DNA of 64,000 nt from Candidatus Bathyarchaeota archaeon (lineage in GTDB: Archaea; Thermoproteota; Bathyarchaeia; TCS64), in assembly GCA_963769425.1 (NCBI GenBank), contig CAVYLP010000006.1, positions 32,001 through 96,000 on the forward strand, in the 5' to 3' direction. The notes under the pieces were generated by a model that worked only from the letters and a program-made list of their open reading frames with translations, was not told the DNA's origin and made no database searches. How positions within the stretch are numbered: position 1 is the stretch's first letter; every line of letters starts with the position of its first letter. Below are positions 50,296 through 60,704 of this stretch, in pieces. Made by a program: the position numbers and the translations under genes.

Positions 50296-52558
50296 TTAAA
50301 TTGTGACGCGGTAGCGGTCCATGAGCTCCTGGCGCTTGCCCTCGTTCCAACCCGTCACGTCCGTGTAGTAACCCGTTATCCTGCTCCACCACCTCACGTC
50401 CTCAGAGCCACACGACGGGCACGTCTTCAACATACCCGCCGTAGTGTGCTGGCACTTGCTGCACACCGTCAGGTCCTTCGTGTAGCTGAAGTACCCGATC
50501 TGGCTGTTCCTGCAGATGCGCTGCGTGAGCTTGTAGAGCGCCTCGGGGTCCGAGCACGCCTCGCCTAGCCAGGCGTGGAAGATGTTGCCGCCGCTGAGTA
50601 TGGGGAAGAACTTGTGTTCTATGTCGATCTTCGTCCCGAGTGGGATGTGTGCCCCCACGTAGGTATGCGTACCGTTGCTATAGTAGACGGGGAGGTCCCT
50701 CTTCCCCTTCAACAGCGCTGCGGCCCCCTCCATGTCGCCCTTTACCGTACCGACGGCATGCTTCTTGTACGTCGGGGAGACGAGGTCCGCGATAGCGAAG
50801 GTCTGCGCAGTCGACTCAGCGGGCGTCCTCGCCAACATGATCTTGAACCCGTTCCTCATCTCGAGCCCCTTCCGGTACTTCTCCATGTCCAGCAGGAGCC
50901 TGATGGCGAGGCGCACCGAGTCAGGGTCCTCGTGCAGCTGCTTACCCGTGAAGTGCTGCACCATCTCGTTGACGCCGACGACGCCGATGACGTTCACGAG
51001 CTCCGAGAAGTCCACCGCGGGTGGCCCCAGCTGTCCCGTGTGGGGGTCCCTGGGGGTCTGGGTCGCGAAGGGCACCATCTTGTTTGCGAGGGCCTTCTTC
51101 ATCCAGTGCTGTTTCGTCTTGAAGACGTCAACCGCCATCCGCATGTTCTCCTGCGCTGCCTCGAGCAGCTTGTCGTAGTCGCCGTTGGCGCGGTACGCCA
51201 TCCTCGGCATGTTGAGGCTGACGACCTGCCAGCCGCCCATGCTGAAGTGCTGCCCGCCCTCGAAGTAGAGTTTCTCGTTGAAGTGGGGGTCAGTCTCCGG
51301 TGTGTTCGCGAACTGGTACGCGCAGCACTGGTAGCAGCTTATGCCGTTGCCGTAGCCGCGGTAGGTCGGGAGCATGTTGTCGAAGTAGGGTGCCCCGAAC
51401 TTGCTCACGCTACTCGTGGACGAGCAGCCAGAGGTCATCGTACTCAGGCTTGAAGAACTCGGGCGAGACGTAGTTCTCGTTCTTGGGGAAGTTGAAGGGC
51501 TTGCCCCAGTAGTCCCCCTCGAGCGCCACCTCGGTGATGGCGCGGAAGAACATCTGGACCTCGTCCTCGTAGCTGCCGTAGGTGTCCGGCCCGACCCTGC
51601 CCTTCATGACGACTGGCACGTCGCGCCAGATCTTCGGCACACCCATCGGGAGCTGGATGTTACTGAACACCAGCTGCCCGCCACGCGTGACGTAGGTCTG
51701 CGTAAGCTCGTAGAACATCATCTGGGCGAGCTGCTTCACCTTCTCGTAGGGCAACCCCCTGAGGAAGGGCGCGAGGAACATCGTGTAGTACATGAAGCCC
51801 TGCCCACCGCTGAAGTTCGTCTGCCCCGCGGCCAACACCTTCACGCTGTGGAGGATGGCCACCTCCGGCTGCTTCGCCGGGCCCGCGACGCTGCTGCGGA
51901 AGCCCGAGCCGTCGGGGATGAGGCCGTAGTAGAGGAAATAGCGGAGGTCCCAGTCCTGGCAGAAGGGACGAGATCCAAAGTACTCCAGAGTATGGATGTG
52001 GATGTCACCCTGGTGGTGCGCCGTCGCAAGCGTCGGGTCCATCAGAAGCAGATACTGCTCCTTGCTGAGCCTGTCCGCCTTCTTCTTGTGAACCGTCTCA
52101 GGGTTCGGCTGAAGGTTCGCGTTCTCCTTCGCCTCAAAGCCACTGCCCGTGTCAATCTCATACGCGTCCACCACAGGCACACCGACACGCGTCAGGATGT
52201 TCCTGTAGATCTGGAGTTCGGGGGCGCTCTCCGACTCGCTCCACTCGAGGAGCACGTTGTTCGTGATCTCCCTCACCATCGGGCCGGAGACGACCTTGGG
52301 CTTGAAGAGCTTGATGCGCCTCTCGACCTCCTGGCTGAGCTTCTCCGCCCTCATGTTGCTCATGGGCTTCAGCCCGAACATCGTCTCAGCGAGCTCAGTC
52401 TCACGTACCAGTTGGTCGACTATGCGCGACTTGTTCCACTCCACGAGGTAGCCGTCGGTGGTGCGCACCATCGGCATACCCCTGTAGAGGCGCTCCGCTT
52501 TGTAGAACTGGTCTATGAACGTCTGGCCCTCGGGAAGATCCCTACCCCTCTTTAACAT
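50296..52558 (-). CDS. nrdD: class III anaerobic ribonucleotide reductase with ATP cone (frameshift ~51410)
   Basis: ATP cone, QTNFSGGQG, YQCCAY, TPAES, YSNGTH, CxxC/CxxC, RITGYY glycyl-radical motif. Confidence 0.92.
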
Positions 52559-52826
52559 TCAGCACATCCCTCACTACGCCCTCGCTCATCACCCCACCGG
52601 GGAACATCTCCTCAGACGACGCGCACCGGTCCCCCACCTCAAGTATCGGTGGGTTACCGAACATGTTCCTCATGACGAACTCCGTCTGCGCCTCCGTGTC
52701 GAACCACTTCGCCTCAAAGGCCACGTGGCGCTCCTTCATCCATTCCTTCAGCTGCTCACACTTTTTACAATCCGGAAGGGAGTAGACCCTTGCGACGGAG
52801 TTCGATGCACTCATACCAAACATCAC
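52542..52826 (-). CDS. glutaredoxin/NrdH-like redoxin
   Basis: VYSLPDCKKC, PPIL; overlaps the nrdD start. Confidence 0.8.
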   Translation of the reverse strand: MMFGMSASNSVARVYSLPDCKKCEQLKEWMKERHVAFEAKWFDTEAQTEFVMRNMFGNPPILEVGDRCASSEEMFPGGVMSEGVVRDVLNVKEG

Positions 52827-53068
52827 CGATGGAGATCGCTAGTTTAGATGATGCATGCTCAACCCGCGCTGTATAAGAACGTAGTCACGTGATTCATAAT
52901 ACTTCGAATAACGAATTTATTGGACAATCCTCTTTTCACTCACAATATATATAATTGTCTCAAAAAATATGAATCATACTAATGTATTACCAAATATCTA
53001 CAATAGTTTATATATTCAGACATACCAAGTTACATTCCGTAAAAGATTCAAAGAAAACGGGCTTAAAC

Positions 53069-53866
53069 ATGACAATCATAGTCTGCCTCGTCGGCACCCA
53101 CTTCCGCCGCCCCTTCGACGGCATACGCTACTGGAGCAAACACCATGGCATAACCAAGCTCTACCTGCTATACAGCAACGCCAAGGCCACAGATGAAACC
53201 GCGGTATTCAGCTACATGAGCCAGAAGAACGCCGAGGAGTTACGTAACAAGCTCGAGATCCTCGACCCTGAGCTCGTCGGCTTCGATCCGATGGACCACC
53301 GGAGCGCATTCAAAGCGATCTATAGTGTAGTAAGTAAGGCACGAGCCAGCGGCGAAGAGGTCCTCATCGACGTCACCAGCACCACCGACATTTCCCAAGG
53401 TGTAGCCCTTACTGTCGCCCTCATGTTCAGAAATGCCCGCGTTTACAGCGTTCCACCCGAGAAATCTGCCTGGTACGTCACTGGAAAGGTCGGTGATCCT
53501 CAGTTTGAGAAGTGGTTCGAGAACGCCCGCAATCAAAGCAGCAAGGAGCCTAAGGAAATACAGCTCCCAGGCTACCGCTTAGAGCCTAATACGAAGCATG
53601 AGGAGAAAGAGTGGGACCGCGAGAAGAAACTTTTAGTCCTACTACGTGAGAACGGCGGCGAGGCCGAGTCGATTAGCGATATTATCCGCTGGTTCGGCCA
53701 CAAAGCGGCCAGCTCCACCCTTCGAAACAAGTTTAGTCGCATAGTAACTAAGCTCGAGATGAAGGGACTCATCGACGCTGAGAAGGGGAGCAAGATGAAG
53801 GTCATAAGCCTCACCGAGTTCGGTGAAATATTCGCGGAGGCGCTCGCGGAGCAGAGCGCAGTATAA
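53069..53866 (+). CDS. CARF-like (Csa3/DUF6293-type) domain plus winged-HTH regulator
   Basis: IVCLVG, KLYLLY, VLIDVTSTT Rossmann-like N-domain; RIVTKLEMKGLI...LTEFG wHTH. Confidence 0.7.
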   Translation: MTIIVCLVGTHFRRPFDGIRYWSKHHGITKLYLLYSNAKATDETAVFSYMSQKNAEELRNKLEILDPELVGFDPMDHRSAFKAIYSVVSKARASGEEVLIDVTSTTDISQGVALTVALMFRNARVYSVPPEKSAWYVTGKVGDPQFEKWFENARNQSSKEPKEIQLPGYRLEPNTKHEEKEWDREKKLLVLLRENGGEAESISDIIRWFGHKAASSTLRNKFSRIVTKLEMKGLIDAEKGSKMKVISLTEFGEIFAEALAEQSAV

Positions 53867-54129
53867 CGCTGGGTACCCGCGTACTGCAACACTTTACAGC
53901 GTAGAGTGAATAACTGATCCTCAGCATGGGTCCAGTTTTCCGTTTACCTCAATATGTAGTCGCCCACTCGCAAATGACCTGCGTAATATGTGATATTATT
54001 ATTCGGATTATGTATTAGGGCATTCTCCTTTAGCTGAGGCGGAAAATAATCACCCCTAAACGCGCTCGGATTTAGCTAAGTTTTTAAACCAATCGCCCCG
54101 AGGCTACCATAAGAATCGAGGGATTATGC

Positions 54130-54906
54130 TTGCTAGCTGAGGTAGTTCTCACCCCATCAGAGGGGAAGAGGCTGATCGCTAAGGCGATAGCCCATATGGA
54201 GATAGTCAAACTCGCAAAGGAGAACGGTACCGTCATCGTCGCGACCAGCACGACGAACGCCTACGTCCTCGAGGAACTCCTAGGGAAGGAGATCAAGGAG
54301 AAGGGCATGTTCACGGCGGGCGTCGTGACAAAAGATGGGCTCCAGATCACAGAGGCAAAGGGTAGGGGTGATCACACAGTCATACAGAAGGGCAAGGTCA
54401 AGACCGTCAAGGTCCCCGAGCTCGGCGACATCCTCAAGGATATGGGCCCCGGCGACATCTTCATCAAAGGCGCGAACGCCATCGACCCCTTCGGCCAGGC
54501 TGGCATCCTCCTCGGAGGAAGCGGCGGAGGGACCATCGGCGCGGCATGGGGCTACCTCACGAGCAACGGGATAACAACCATCATCGCGGCGGGCCTCGAG
54601 AAGCTCGTCCCCATTAACCTCACCGACGCTGTCAACCGCATGGGCATCATGAAGGTCGACACCGCCCTAGATGTGAAGTGCGGTATGATGGTCATCGGCG
54701 GTTACATAATCACCGAGATGGAATCCTTTAAGGAGCTTTTCGGAGTCGACGTCGTACCAATCGGTGGGGGCGGCATCGATGGCGCTGAGGGCGCCAAGAT
54801 CTTCCTCCTCGACGGCGAGGACGAAGCGGTGAAAGAGGCGGTCGCGATGGTAAAGTCCATACGCGGCGAGCCAAAGCTCACCACCCGCACCATCAAGCAG
54901 AAGTAG
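54130..54906 (+). CDS. conserved hypothetical protein (NagB/RpiA/CoA-transferase-like)
   Basis: LTPSEGKRLIAKA, FIKGANAID, GGTIG, GLEKL, GGIDGAEG. Confidence 0.65.
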   Translation: MLAEVVLTPSEGKRLIAKAIAHMEIVKLAKENGTVIVATSTTNAYVLEELLGKEIKEKGMFTAGVVTKDGLQITEAKGRGDHTVIQKGKVKTVKVPELGDILKDMGPGDIFIKGANAIDPFGQAGILLGGSGGGTIGAAWGYLTSNGITTIIAAGLEKLVPINLTDAVNRMGIMKVDTALDVKCGMMVIGGYIITEMESFKELFGVDVVPIGGGGIDGAEGAKIFLLDGEDEAVKEAVAMVKSIRGEPKLTTRTIKQK

Positions 54907-56107
54907 GCGCCTTTTCCAAGCGCCACTCAATCTTCTCCGCCCCGTTGAAGCGGGCGAAATCATCCAGTGTCTTTTGGAACTCGTTCTCGTACACCTCATC
55001 GGGCTTGAACCCGTCCTCGTACCAGAGACCGCGAACGATGAGCTTCTTCTCCTTCCTATCCAGCTTCGGGTCGAGGCGCCCCACGAATCTATCACCATAT
55101 AGTATGGGAGTCGTGAAGTAGCCGTACTTCCTCTGCTCCGGCTTCAGGTAGACCTCCAGCGCCCGCTCGAAGCCGAAGAGTGTGTCGAGCCTATCGGCGT
55201 GCCAGAGGAGGCTGTCGAAGTAGTTGGCGAAGCGGACGCCATCGTAGCTCCAATCCTTTTCCAACTCCCCAAGGCGCGGCGTGTCATCCGCGAGGCAGTA
55301 GTAGGGGGTCTTCAGTCCATCGACGTTCAACCTCGCGGCGGCGCCCTCCTCAACGAGCCCATCGAGGAGAGCCTGAATCTGTTTCGTCGACAACCCGAGC
55401 TTGACGCACCACGTGTGATAATAGGATTTTACGTCGGCAGGTTTCGTGGCGCCGAGGCTGCCGAGGGTCCGAGTGGCAAAGAACCTGTTCCTCTCATCCT
55501 CCGTGGGCTCCGAGGCATCTATCCATGAAGGCAGCACCCTCTCAGTGAGGTCGTATATCCTCTGGAAGCCGTCACGGCGGGTCACCATGAGGTCCCCCGC
55601 GCTGAAGAGGGCCTCAAGAGCACGCTTCGAGGGTTTCCACCCCCACCATCCGCTGCTTGGCTTCTTCCCCTCGAAGTCGGCGCTTCCCAAGGGGCCCTCC
55701 TTCCTGACCCGCTCAAGGGCGGAGTCGACGAGGGCGGGGTCGACGCGGCTGAACCAGCCCGTGTGTATGACCTTACTCTTGGCCCTCTCCTTATTGGCGG
55801 CGATGAGATATCTCCAGTGGTCCATCGGCATGTAGCACATGGCGTGGCCCCACCCCTCGAAGATGCGCCTATCCTCGTACGCGAGGGAGTGAAGATCAGC
55901 TTTCTTGTATTGCCCTAGTCGGGTCCAGAGCGTGAAGTAGTGGGCTCGCTCCACGACGTTTATCGTGTCAATCTGGACACATCCAAGGCGCCCGATGGTC
56001 TCCTCAACCCTCCGCTTCGTCGCCCTCCCCGGCGGGTCGCCTATGCCCTGCTTCTCCAGCTGGAGCCTCCTCGCGGCGTCCACGGAGACATTCAGCTCTG
56101 AGACCAT
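54893..56107 (-). CDS. YcaQ/AlkZ-family crosslink-repair DNA glycosylase (HTH_42)
   Basis: VQIDTINVVERAHY, RRDGFQRIYDL, RKYGYF, VGRLD. Confidence 0.85.
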   Translation of the reverse strand: MVSELNVSVDAARRLQLEKQGIGDPPGRATKRRVEETIGRLGCVQIDTINVVERAHYFTLWTRLGQYKKADLHSLAYEDRRIFEGWGHAMCYMPMDHWRYLIAANKERAKSKVIHTGWFSRVDPALVDSALERVRKEGPLGSADFEGKKPSSGWWGWKPSKRALEALFSAGDLMVTRRDGFQRIYDLTERVLPSWIDASEPTEDERNRFFATRTLGSLGATKPADVKSYYHTWCVKLGLSTKQIQALLDGLVEEGAAARLNVDGLKTPYYCLADDTPRLGELEKDWSYDGVRFANYFDSLLWHADRLDTLFGFERALEVYLKPEQRKYGYFTTPILYGDRFVGRLDPKLDRKEKKLIVRGLWYEDGFKPDEVYENEFQKTLDDFARFNGAEKIEWRLEKAPTSA

Positions 56108-56201
56108 CCTAACACCTTTCAGACAAGCGCTTGATTAAGGATTCCATTTTTCACATAGATTTAAACCACTAAGGGTGAAGGGGAGATACAGGTACCTAAA
56201 A

Positions 56202-56490
56202 GTGGCTCCGGACCTTGTGGGGCAGATCGAGTTCTGGGGGATAGTGCTTTCACTCATTCTCCTCCCGGTACTCTGGATCCCGATAAGATAAGGAAAAGCC
56301 ACGGATCATGAAAGACGCGACAAACTGCCCCTGGAACTCACCGAAGGAGCCAAGAAGGCTGGGCTACCGGGCATAGACTACAATGTGGTCTCCACTGAGG
56401 TATGAGCACCCTGACCTCAGGTAGTACGAGGAGAAGGTAAGGAAAGAGGCCGAGGAGCAGGCGAAGAAGAAGAGCGGGAAACCCGCCTGA
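56202..56490 (+). pseudogene. interrupted small membrane-protein ORF
   Basis: TM-like FWGIVLSLILLPVLWIP then several stops; charged tail in another frame. Confidence 0.3.
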
Positions 56491-56552
56491 AGGGATTAGT
56501 CCCCCTGCAACACGCTTAAAGACCCGGGCATAGAATCACGTGGGGATAAACG

Positions 56553-57533
56553 ATGCCGGAGCAACCCGCCTGGGAGATAAAAAAGACCATTTACACACGC
56601 GCCGAGGAAGAACACGACCCCAGCCTCGGCCTCCCACCCGAGGACCGAAACCTCCAGCAGATGCTCAAGCGCGGCGTCGTCATCGTCGACAAGGTCCCCG
56701 GACCCACGAGCCACGAAGTAGTCGCTTGGGTAAAGAAGCTCATGGAGTTAGACCACGTCGGCCACGGCGGCACCCTCGACCCGAAGGTTACCGGCGTCCT
56801 ACCCGTCACCCTGGAGGACTCGACCAAATGTGTCCAGGCCCTACTCGACTCCGGGAAGCAGTACGTCACCATAATGCGCACCCACGAGGACGTGGAGGAG
56901 AAGCATCTCGTGGAGACCCTGAAGCAGTTCGAGGGAGAAATCTACCAGAGGCCACCGCTCCGCTCGGCGGTCAGCAGGCGCCTCCGCACACGCTACATCT
57001 ACAAGATAGAGTACATCGAGGGGGACGGCAGGAACTGGCTCTTCAAGGTCGACTGCCAGAGCGGGACGTATATCAGAAAGCTCTGCAGCGACGTCGGTGA
57101 GGTCCTCGGCGGCGGCGCCCACATGCACGAGCTACGCCGAACACGCAGCGGCCCATTCGTCGAAGCGCAGGCCGTCACGCTCTACGATATCGCGGACGCG
57201 ATGGACCAGCACAGAGAGGGAAATGATGCGGCGCTGATGAAGATACTCCACCCCGTTGAGGAGGCGTTGGCCCTCCTCCCCCATATCTGGGTGAGGGACT
57301 CCGCGGTCGAGGCACTTTGCACGGGAGCCCAACTCGCAGTCCCCGGCATCCTCCGGCTGGAGTCGGGGATAGAGCCTAAGAGTCTCATCGCCATCATGAC
57401 ACAGCGCAACGAGGCCGTCGCCCTGATGAAGGCGGAGATGAACACCGACACCATCCTCAAGGAGGAGCACGGCATCGCCGCCATACCCGAGCGCGTCATC
57501 ATGATCAGGGGCACCTACCCGAAGTCATGGTAG
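56553..57533 (+). CDS. cbf5: H/ACA pseudouridine synthase Cbf5
   Basis: GPTSHEVV, GHGGTLDPKVTGVLP, YQRPP, GTYIRKLC, PUA domain. Confidence 0.96.
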   Translation: MPEQPAWEIKKTIYTRAEEEHDPSLGLPPEDRNLQQMLKRGVVIVDKVPGPTSHEVVAWVKKLMELDHVGHGGTLDPKVTGVLPVTLEDSTKCVQALLDSGKQYVTIMRTHEDVEEKHLVETLKQFEGEIYQRPPLRSAVSRRLRTRYIYKIEYIEGDGRNWLFKVDCQSGTYIRKLCSDVGEVLGGGAHMHELRRTRSGPFVEAQAVTLYDIADAMDQHREGNDAALMKILHPVEEALALLPHIWVRDSAVEALCTGAQLAVPGILRLESGIEPKSLIAIMTQRNEAVALMKAEMNTDTILKEEHGIAAIPERVIMIRGTYPKSW

Positions 57534-58350
57534 GCGCAACCAAACATTTTTCAGGTGTTCCATGCGGGTGCATCCACTCGAGCACTTGACAGTCAAACCC
57601 TTATCCCCCTATTACTGCCTCGATTAAATTCTAATCGAAGAGGTCAGGGAAATGAGCGAGGCCGCGCGTTGCCTTGTCCCTAAATTGATAAAAGACGGTC
57701 TAAAATGGTCCTAAACACCATTATGCCAAATAAGGCTACCAAGTAGACCCTTCTTTCATCGAGATCCTGTTCCAACACACTCAGCTATATATAGCGACGT
57801 CATCGGGGACACGTCGCCGGAACCATCTGAAACGCGTTGAAAACCATTGAATATCGATTGAAAACCGTTGCATTCCGTGTGCCTTCAACATCATTGAAGG
57901 GCGTGGATCGCGGTTCATTGAACGATGTGAATGGAGGCGGGGGAAGTGGACTGCTATTTAATCGAAGGCGTAACCCAGTCTAGATGTATTCAGTCATCGG
58001 TGTGAAGGGTGTCCCGTGGAAACACCTTATTAGTGGTTACCACTTATGGGAAACATCGTTGCAAACGGGTTGACGAAGGCTGAGGAGACATTGAGTGATC
58101 CTCTCAGCCGGTGATGGGGGTTATGACCGTTTAAAACCGGTATAATAATAAGGGGACAAGACAGCGCGCGGAGGTCCTCGCCCTGATACCCCACGCGGCT
58201 TATCACCTCGGTGCCATCCGCCAAATCGCTTTGTTGACCAAACAGCCGCATAAAAATGTAAAATAAGGCGAATACGTCGGTAATACTACGTTTATTTCCG
58301 AACAAATCTTATCTATTAGATTGAGAGAAATATTAAATGTGGGATGTGGG

Positions 58351-58503
58351 TTGAGTGCGATAGGACCGGCCAGGGTGGAACTGATTGAGAACAAGTTGAT
58401 CGAGTTGGAAAAGGAGGTCGAGGAACTGAGAAGGATCATTATATTGTCTCGACTGAAGGTTCGCTCGATCAAGTCTGAGATAAACGTGAGTGATAATAAG
58501 TAA
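58351..58503 (+). CDS. small coiled-coil protein
   Basis: RVELIENKLIELEKEVEELRR heptad pattern. Confidence 0.4.
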   Translation: MSAIGPARVELIENKLIELEKEVEELRRIIILSRLKVRSIKSEINVSDNK

Positions 58504-58598
58504 GAGACTGGCTCGCGATCCTCGATTCTTCCATCATCGTTTCTTTTTCAAACCCAAAACGGATAGCCTAAAAAACGCATCATTTCGCTTACCCTAGT

Positions 58599-59198
58599 GT
58601 GTCAGAACACTACTTCTCGGAGAGCCCGACCTCCCCCGAGGAGAGGGGCCTCATAAGGACGAAGCTTAGGGGCATCGACTTCGAGTTCGAGACAAGCTCG
58701 GGAGTTTTCAGCCACAAGCGCGTCGACTCGGGGACACGCCTGCTCGTAGAATCCATGACGCTACCGGAGAGGGGCAGGATCCTCGACCTCGGTTGCGGCA
58801 TCGGCGTAGTCGGGATAGTAGCCGCGAAGCTCAACCCCGTCCTGGAGGTCTGGATGACGGACGTGAACAGCCGGGCGGTCTCCCTGGCGGAGTCTAACAC
58901 GAGACGCAACAGCGTGAAGGCCACCGTGAGGCAGGGCAGCCTCTACGAGCCGGTCAAGGGTGTCAAATTCGACCTCATAATCACCAACCCACCAATGTCG
59001 GCGGGGATAGACGCCGTCGTGAGGCCCATGATAGAGGGTGCCCCTGCGCATCTCGTTGAGGGCGGAGCCTTTCAGTTGGTCGTCCAGTCAAACAAGGGCG
59101 GAAGAACCCTCTCTGGGATAATCGAGGAGGCTTTCGGGAACATCGAGGTCACCTCTAGGGGCGGAGGATTCAGGGTCTTCACCGCGAAGCGGCCCTAA
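58599..59198 (+). CDS. RsmC-like class I SAM methyltransferase
   Basis: EHYFSE, GVFS, DSGTRLL, LDLGCG, TNPP. Confidence 0.9.
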   Translation: MSEHYFSESPTSPEERGLIRTKLRGIDFEFETSSGVFSHKRVDSGTRLLVESMTLPERGRILDLGCGIGVVGIVAAKLNPVLEVWMTDVNSRAVSLAESNTRRNSVKATVRQGSLYEPVKGVKFDLIITNPPMSAGIDAVVRPMIEGAPAHLVEGGAFQLVVQSNKGGRTLSGIIEEAFGNIEVTSRGGGFRVFTAKRP

Positions 59199-59213
59199 AG
59201 AATTGAAAAACGG

Positions 59214-60446
59214 TTAGTCCTGCTGGGAGTAGGCCTCCTCGCCGTGCTCGGCGAGGTCTAGTCCCTTCTCTTCGTCCTCGGGGGAGACCCTGAGGGGAGA
59301 GAAGATGTTGATGAACTTGAGGAGCAGGTAGGAGCCGAAGAATGAGTAGGCGGCGATCACCACGACGGCGATGATCTGCGCAGTGAGTAGGTGGGTGTTT
59401 CCGAAGAGGAAGCCGTTTACCGAGGTCGGGTTGATGAGAACCGTGGCGAAGAGGCCGGTGGCGATGGAGCCCCAGATACCGCTCATGCCGTGGCAGGAGA
59501 AGACGTCGAGGGTGTCGTCGATCCTCGTCCTCGTCGCCCTCCAGTTAGACATCAGGTTCGAGAGCACTCCGGCGACGGCGCCGATTATGAGTGCCGAGAT
59601 CACGTTGACGTAACCGGAGGCGGGCGTGATGGCGACTAGGCCACAGACCGCGCCAACCGCCATGCCGACCGCCGAGGGCTTGCCCTTCATGATCCAGTCG
59701 ACCGCCATCCACGTGACGGCGGCGGCCGCGGCGGCGAGGTTCGTGTTCACAAGCGCAAAGACCATTATCGAGTCGGCCCCGAGGGCGCTGCCCGCGTTGA
59801 AGCCGAACCAGCCGAACCAGAGCAGCGCAGCCCCCAGGATGACGTAGGGGATGTTGCTCGGCTTCAGGGTCTCCTTCTTCTCAATGTCCTTCCTCCGCCC
59901 GATGACGATGGCGGCGGCTAAGGCGGAGAGACCCGCTGTGATGTGGACGACTAGCCCACCAGCGAAGTCAATCGCCCCGATGGCCTTGAGCCACCCGTCG
60001 GTGTTCCACACCCAGTGCGCCACGGGGCTGTAGATGAGCGTGGACCAGAGGATGATGAAGATGAGGAGGGACCGGAAGTGTATCCTCTCCGCGAAGGCCC
60101 CGATGATGAGAGCAGGGGTGATCGCGGCGAACTTGAGCTGGAAAGCGAAGAAGAGCAACTCGGGGATGAGCGGGGCGTAGGCCATGTTGGGCGCGGCGCC
60201 TATCCCGTTGAGCCCGGCCCACGAGAGGTCGCCGATGATGCCGTGGATGCTCGGCCCGAAGACAAGGCTATAACCCCAGAGGGTCCAGACGATGCTCACA
60301 ACGGCGAAGATTATTAGACACTGAACCAGCGTCGATAGGAGGTTTTTCCTCCTGACAAGCCCCGCGTAGAAGAATCCCAGTGCGGGGGTCATTAGCATAA
60401 CGAGAGCGGTGGCTACCGCAACCCAGGCGATGTCACCCGGATTCAA
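59214..60446 (-). CDS. amt: ammonium transporter
   Basis: LMTPALGFFYAG, DFAGGLVVH, WFGWFGFNAGS, DDTLDVFSCHG. Confidence 0.96.
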   Translation of the reverse strand: MNPGDIAWVAVATALVMLMTPALGFFYAGLVRRKNLLSTLVQCLIIFAVVSIVWTLWGYSLVFGPSIHGIIGDLSWAGLNGIGAAPNMAYAPLIPELLFFAFQLKFAAITPALIIGAFAERIHFRSLLIFIILWSTLIYSPVAHWVWNTDGWLKAIGAIDFAGGLVVHITAGLSALAAAIVIGRRKDIEKKETLKPSNIPYVILGAALLWFGWFGFNAGSALGADSIMVFALVNTNLAAAAAAVTWMAVDWIMKGKPSAVGMAVGAVCGLVAITPASGYVNVISALIIGAVAGVLSNLMSNWRATRTRIDDTLDVFSCHGMSGIWGSIATGLFATVLINPTSVNGFLFGNTHLLTAQIIAVVVIAAYSFFGSYLLLKFINIFSPLRVSPEDEEKGLDLAEHGEEAYSQQD

Positions 60447-60704
60447 TCAGTCAAACACCTTCACGGAAAGACGAAAAACAACGTATTTGAGGTTTATCCA
60501 CCTAAAATAATGGATTATACTCCTAAATGTTCAGTGAATTGATGCAATAAATAGACGTTATAAGCTGAATTAACCCATTTTTACGTACATATTATGGGCC
60601 TTAGACGGGGGTTAATCCTAGTTTATCTTATTTTATGAGGTAATTTAGTCAGAAAATCTGTATATTAAGAATATTTGTTGATGATTACGGATTATGTCCG
60701 GTTT

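Noticed and set aside
51400-51440. TAG readthrough, intein/intron or natural split in nrdD
   Set aside because: The downstream part is in a different frame with no inserted sequence; a single indel explains it
50575-52555. Long plus-strand ORFs (292 and 384 aa) and similar antisense ORFs elsewhere
   Set aside because: Shadow frames of GC-rich genes on the opposite strand, with no recognisable motifs
57990-58070. Confident replication origin call
   Set aside because: Only one imperfect ORB-like word, no G-string repeats and no adjacent cdc6/orc1
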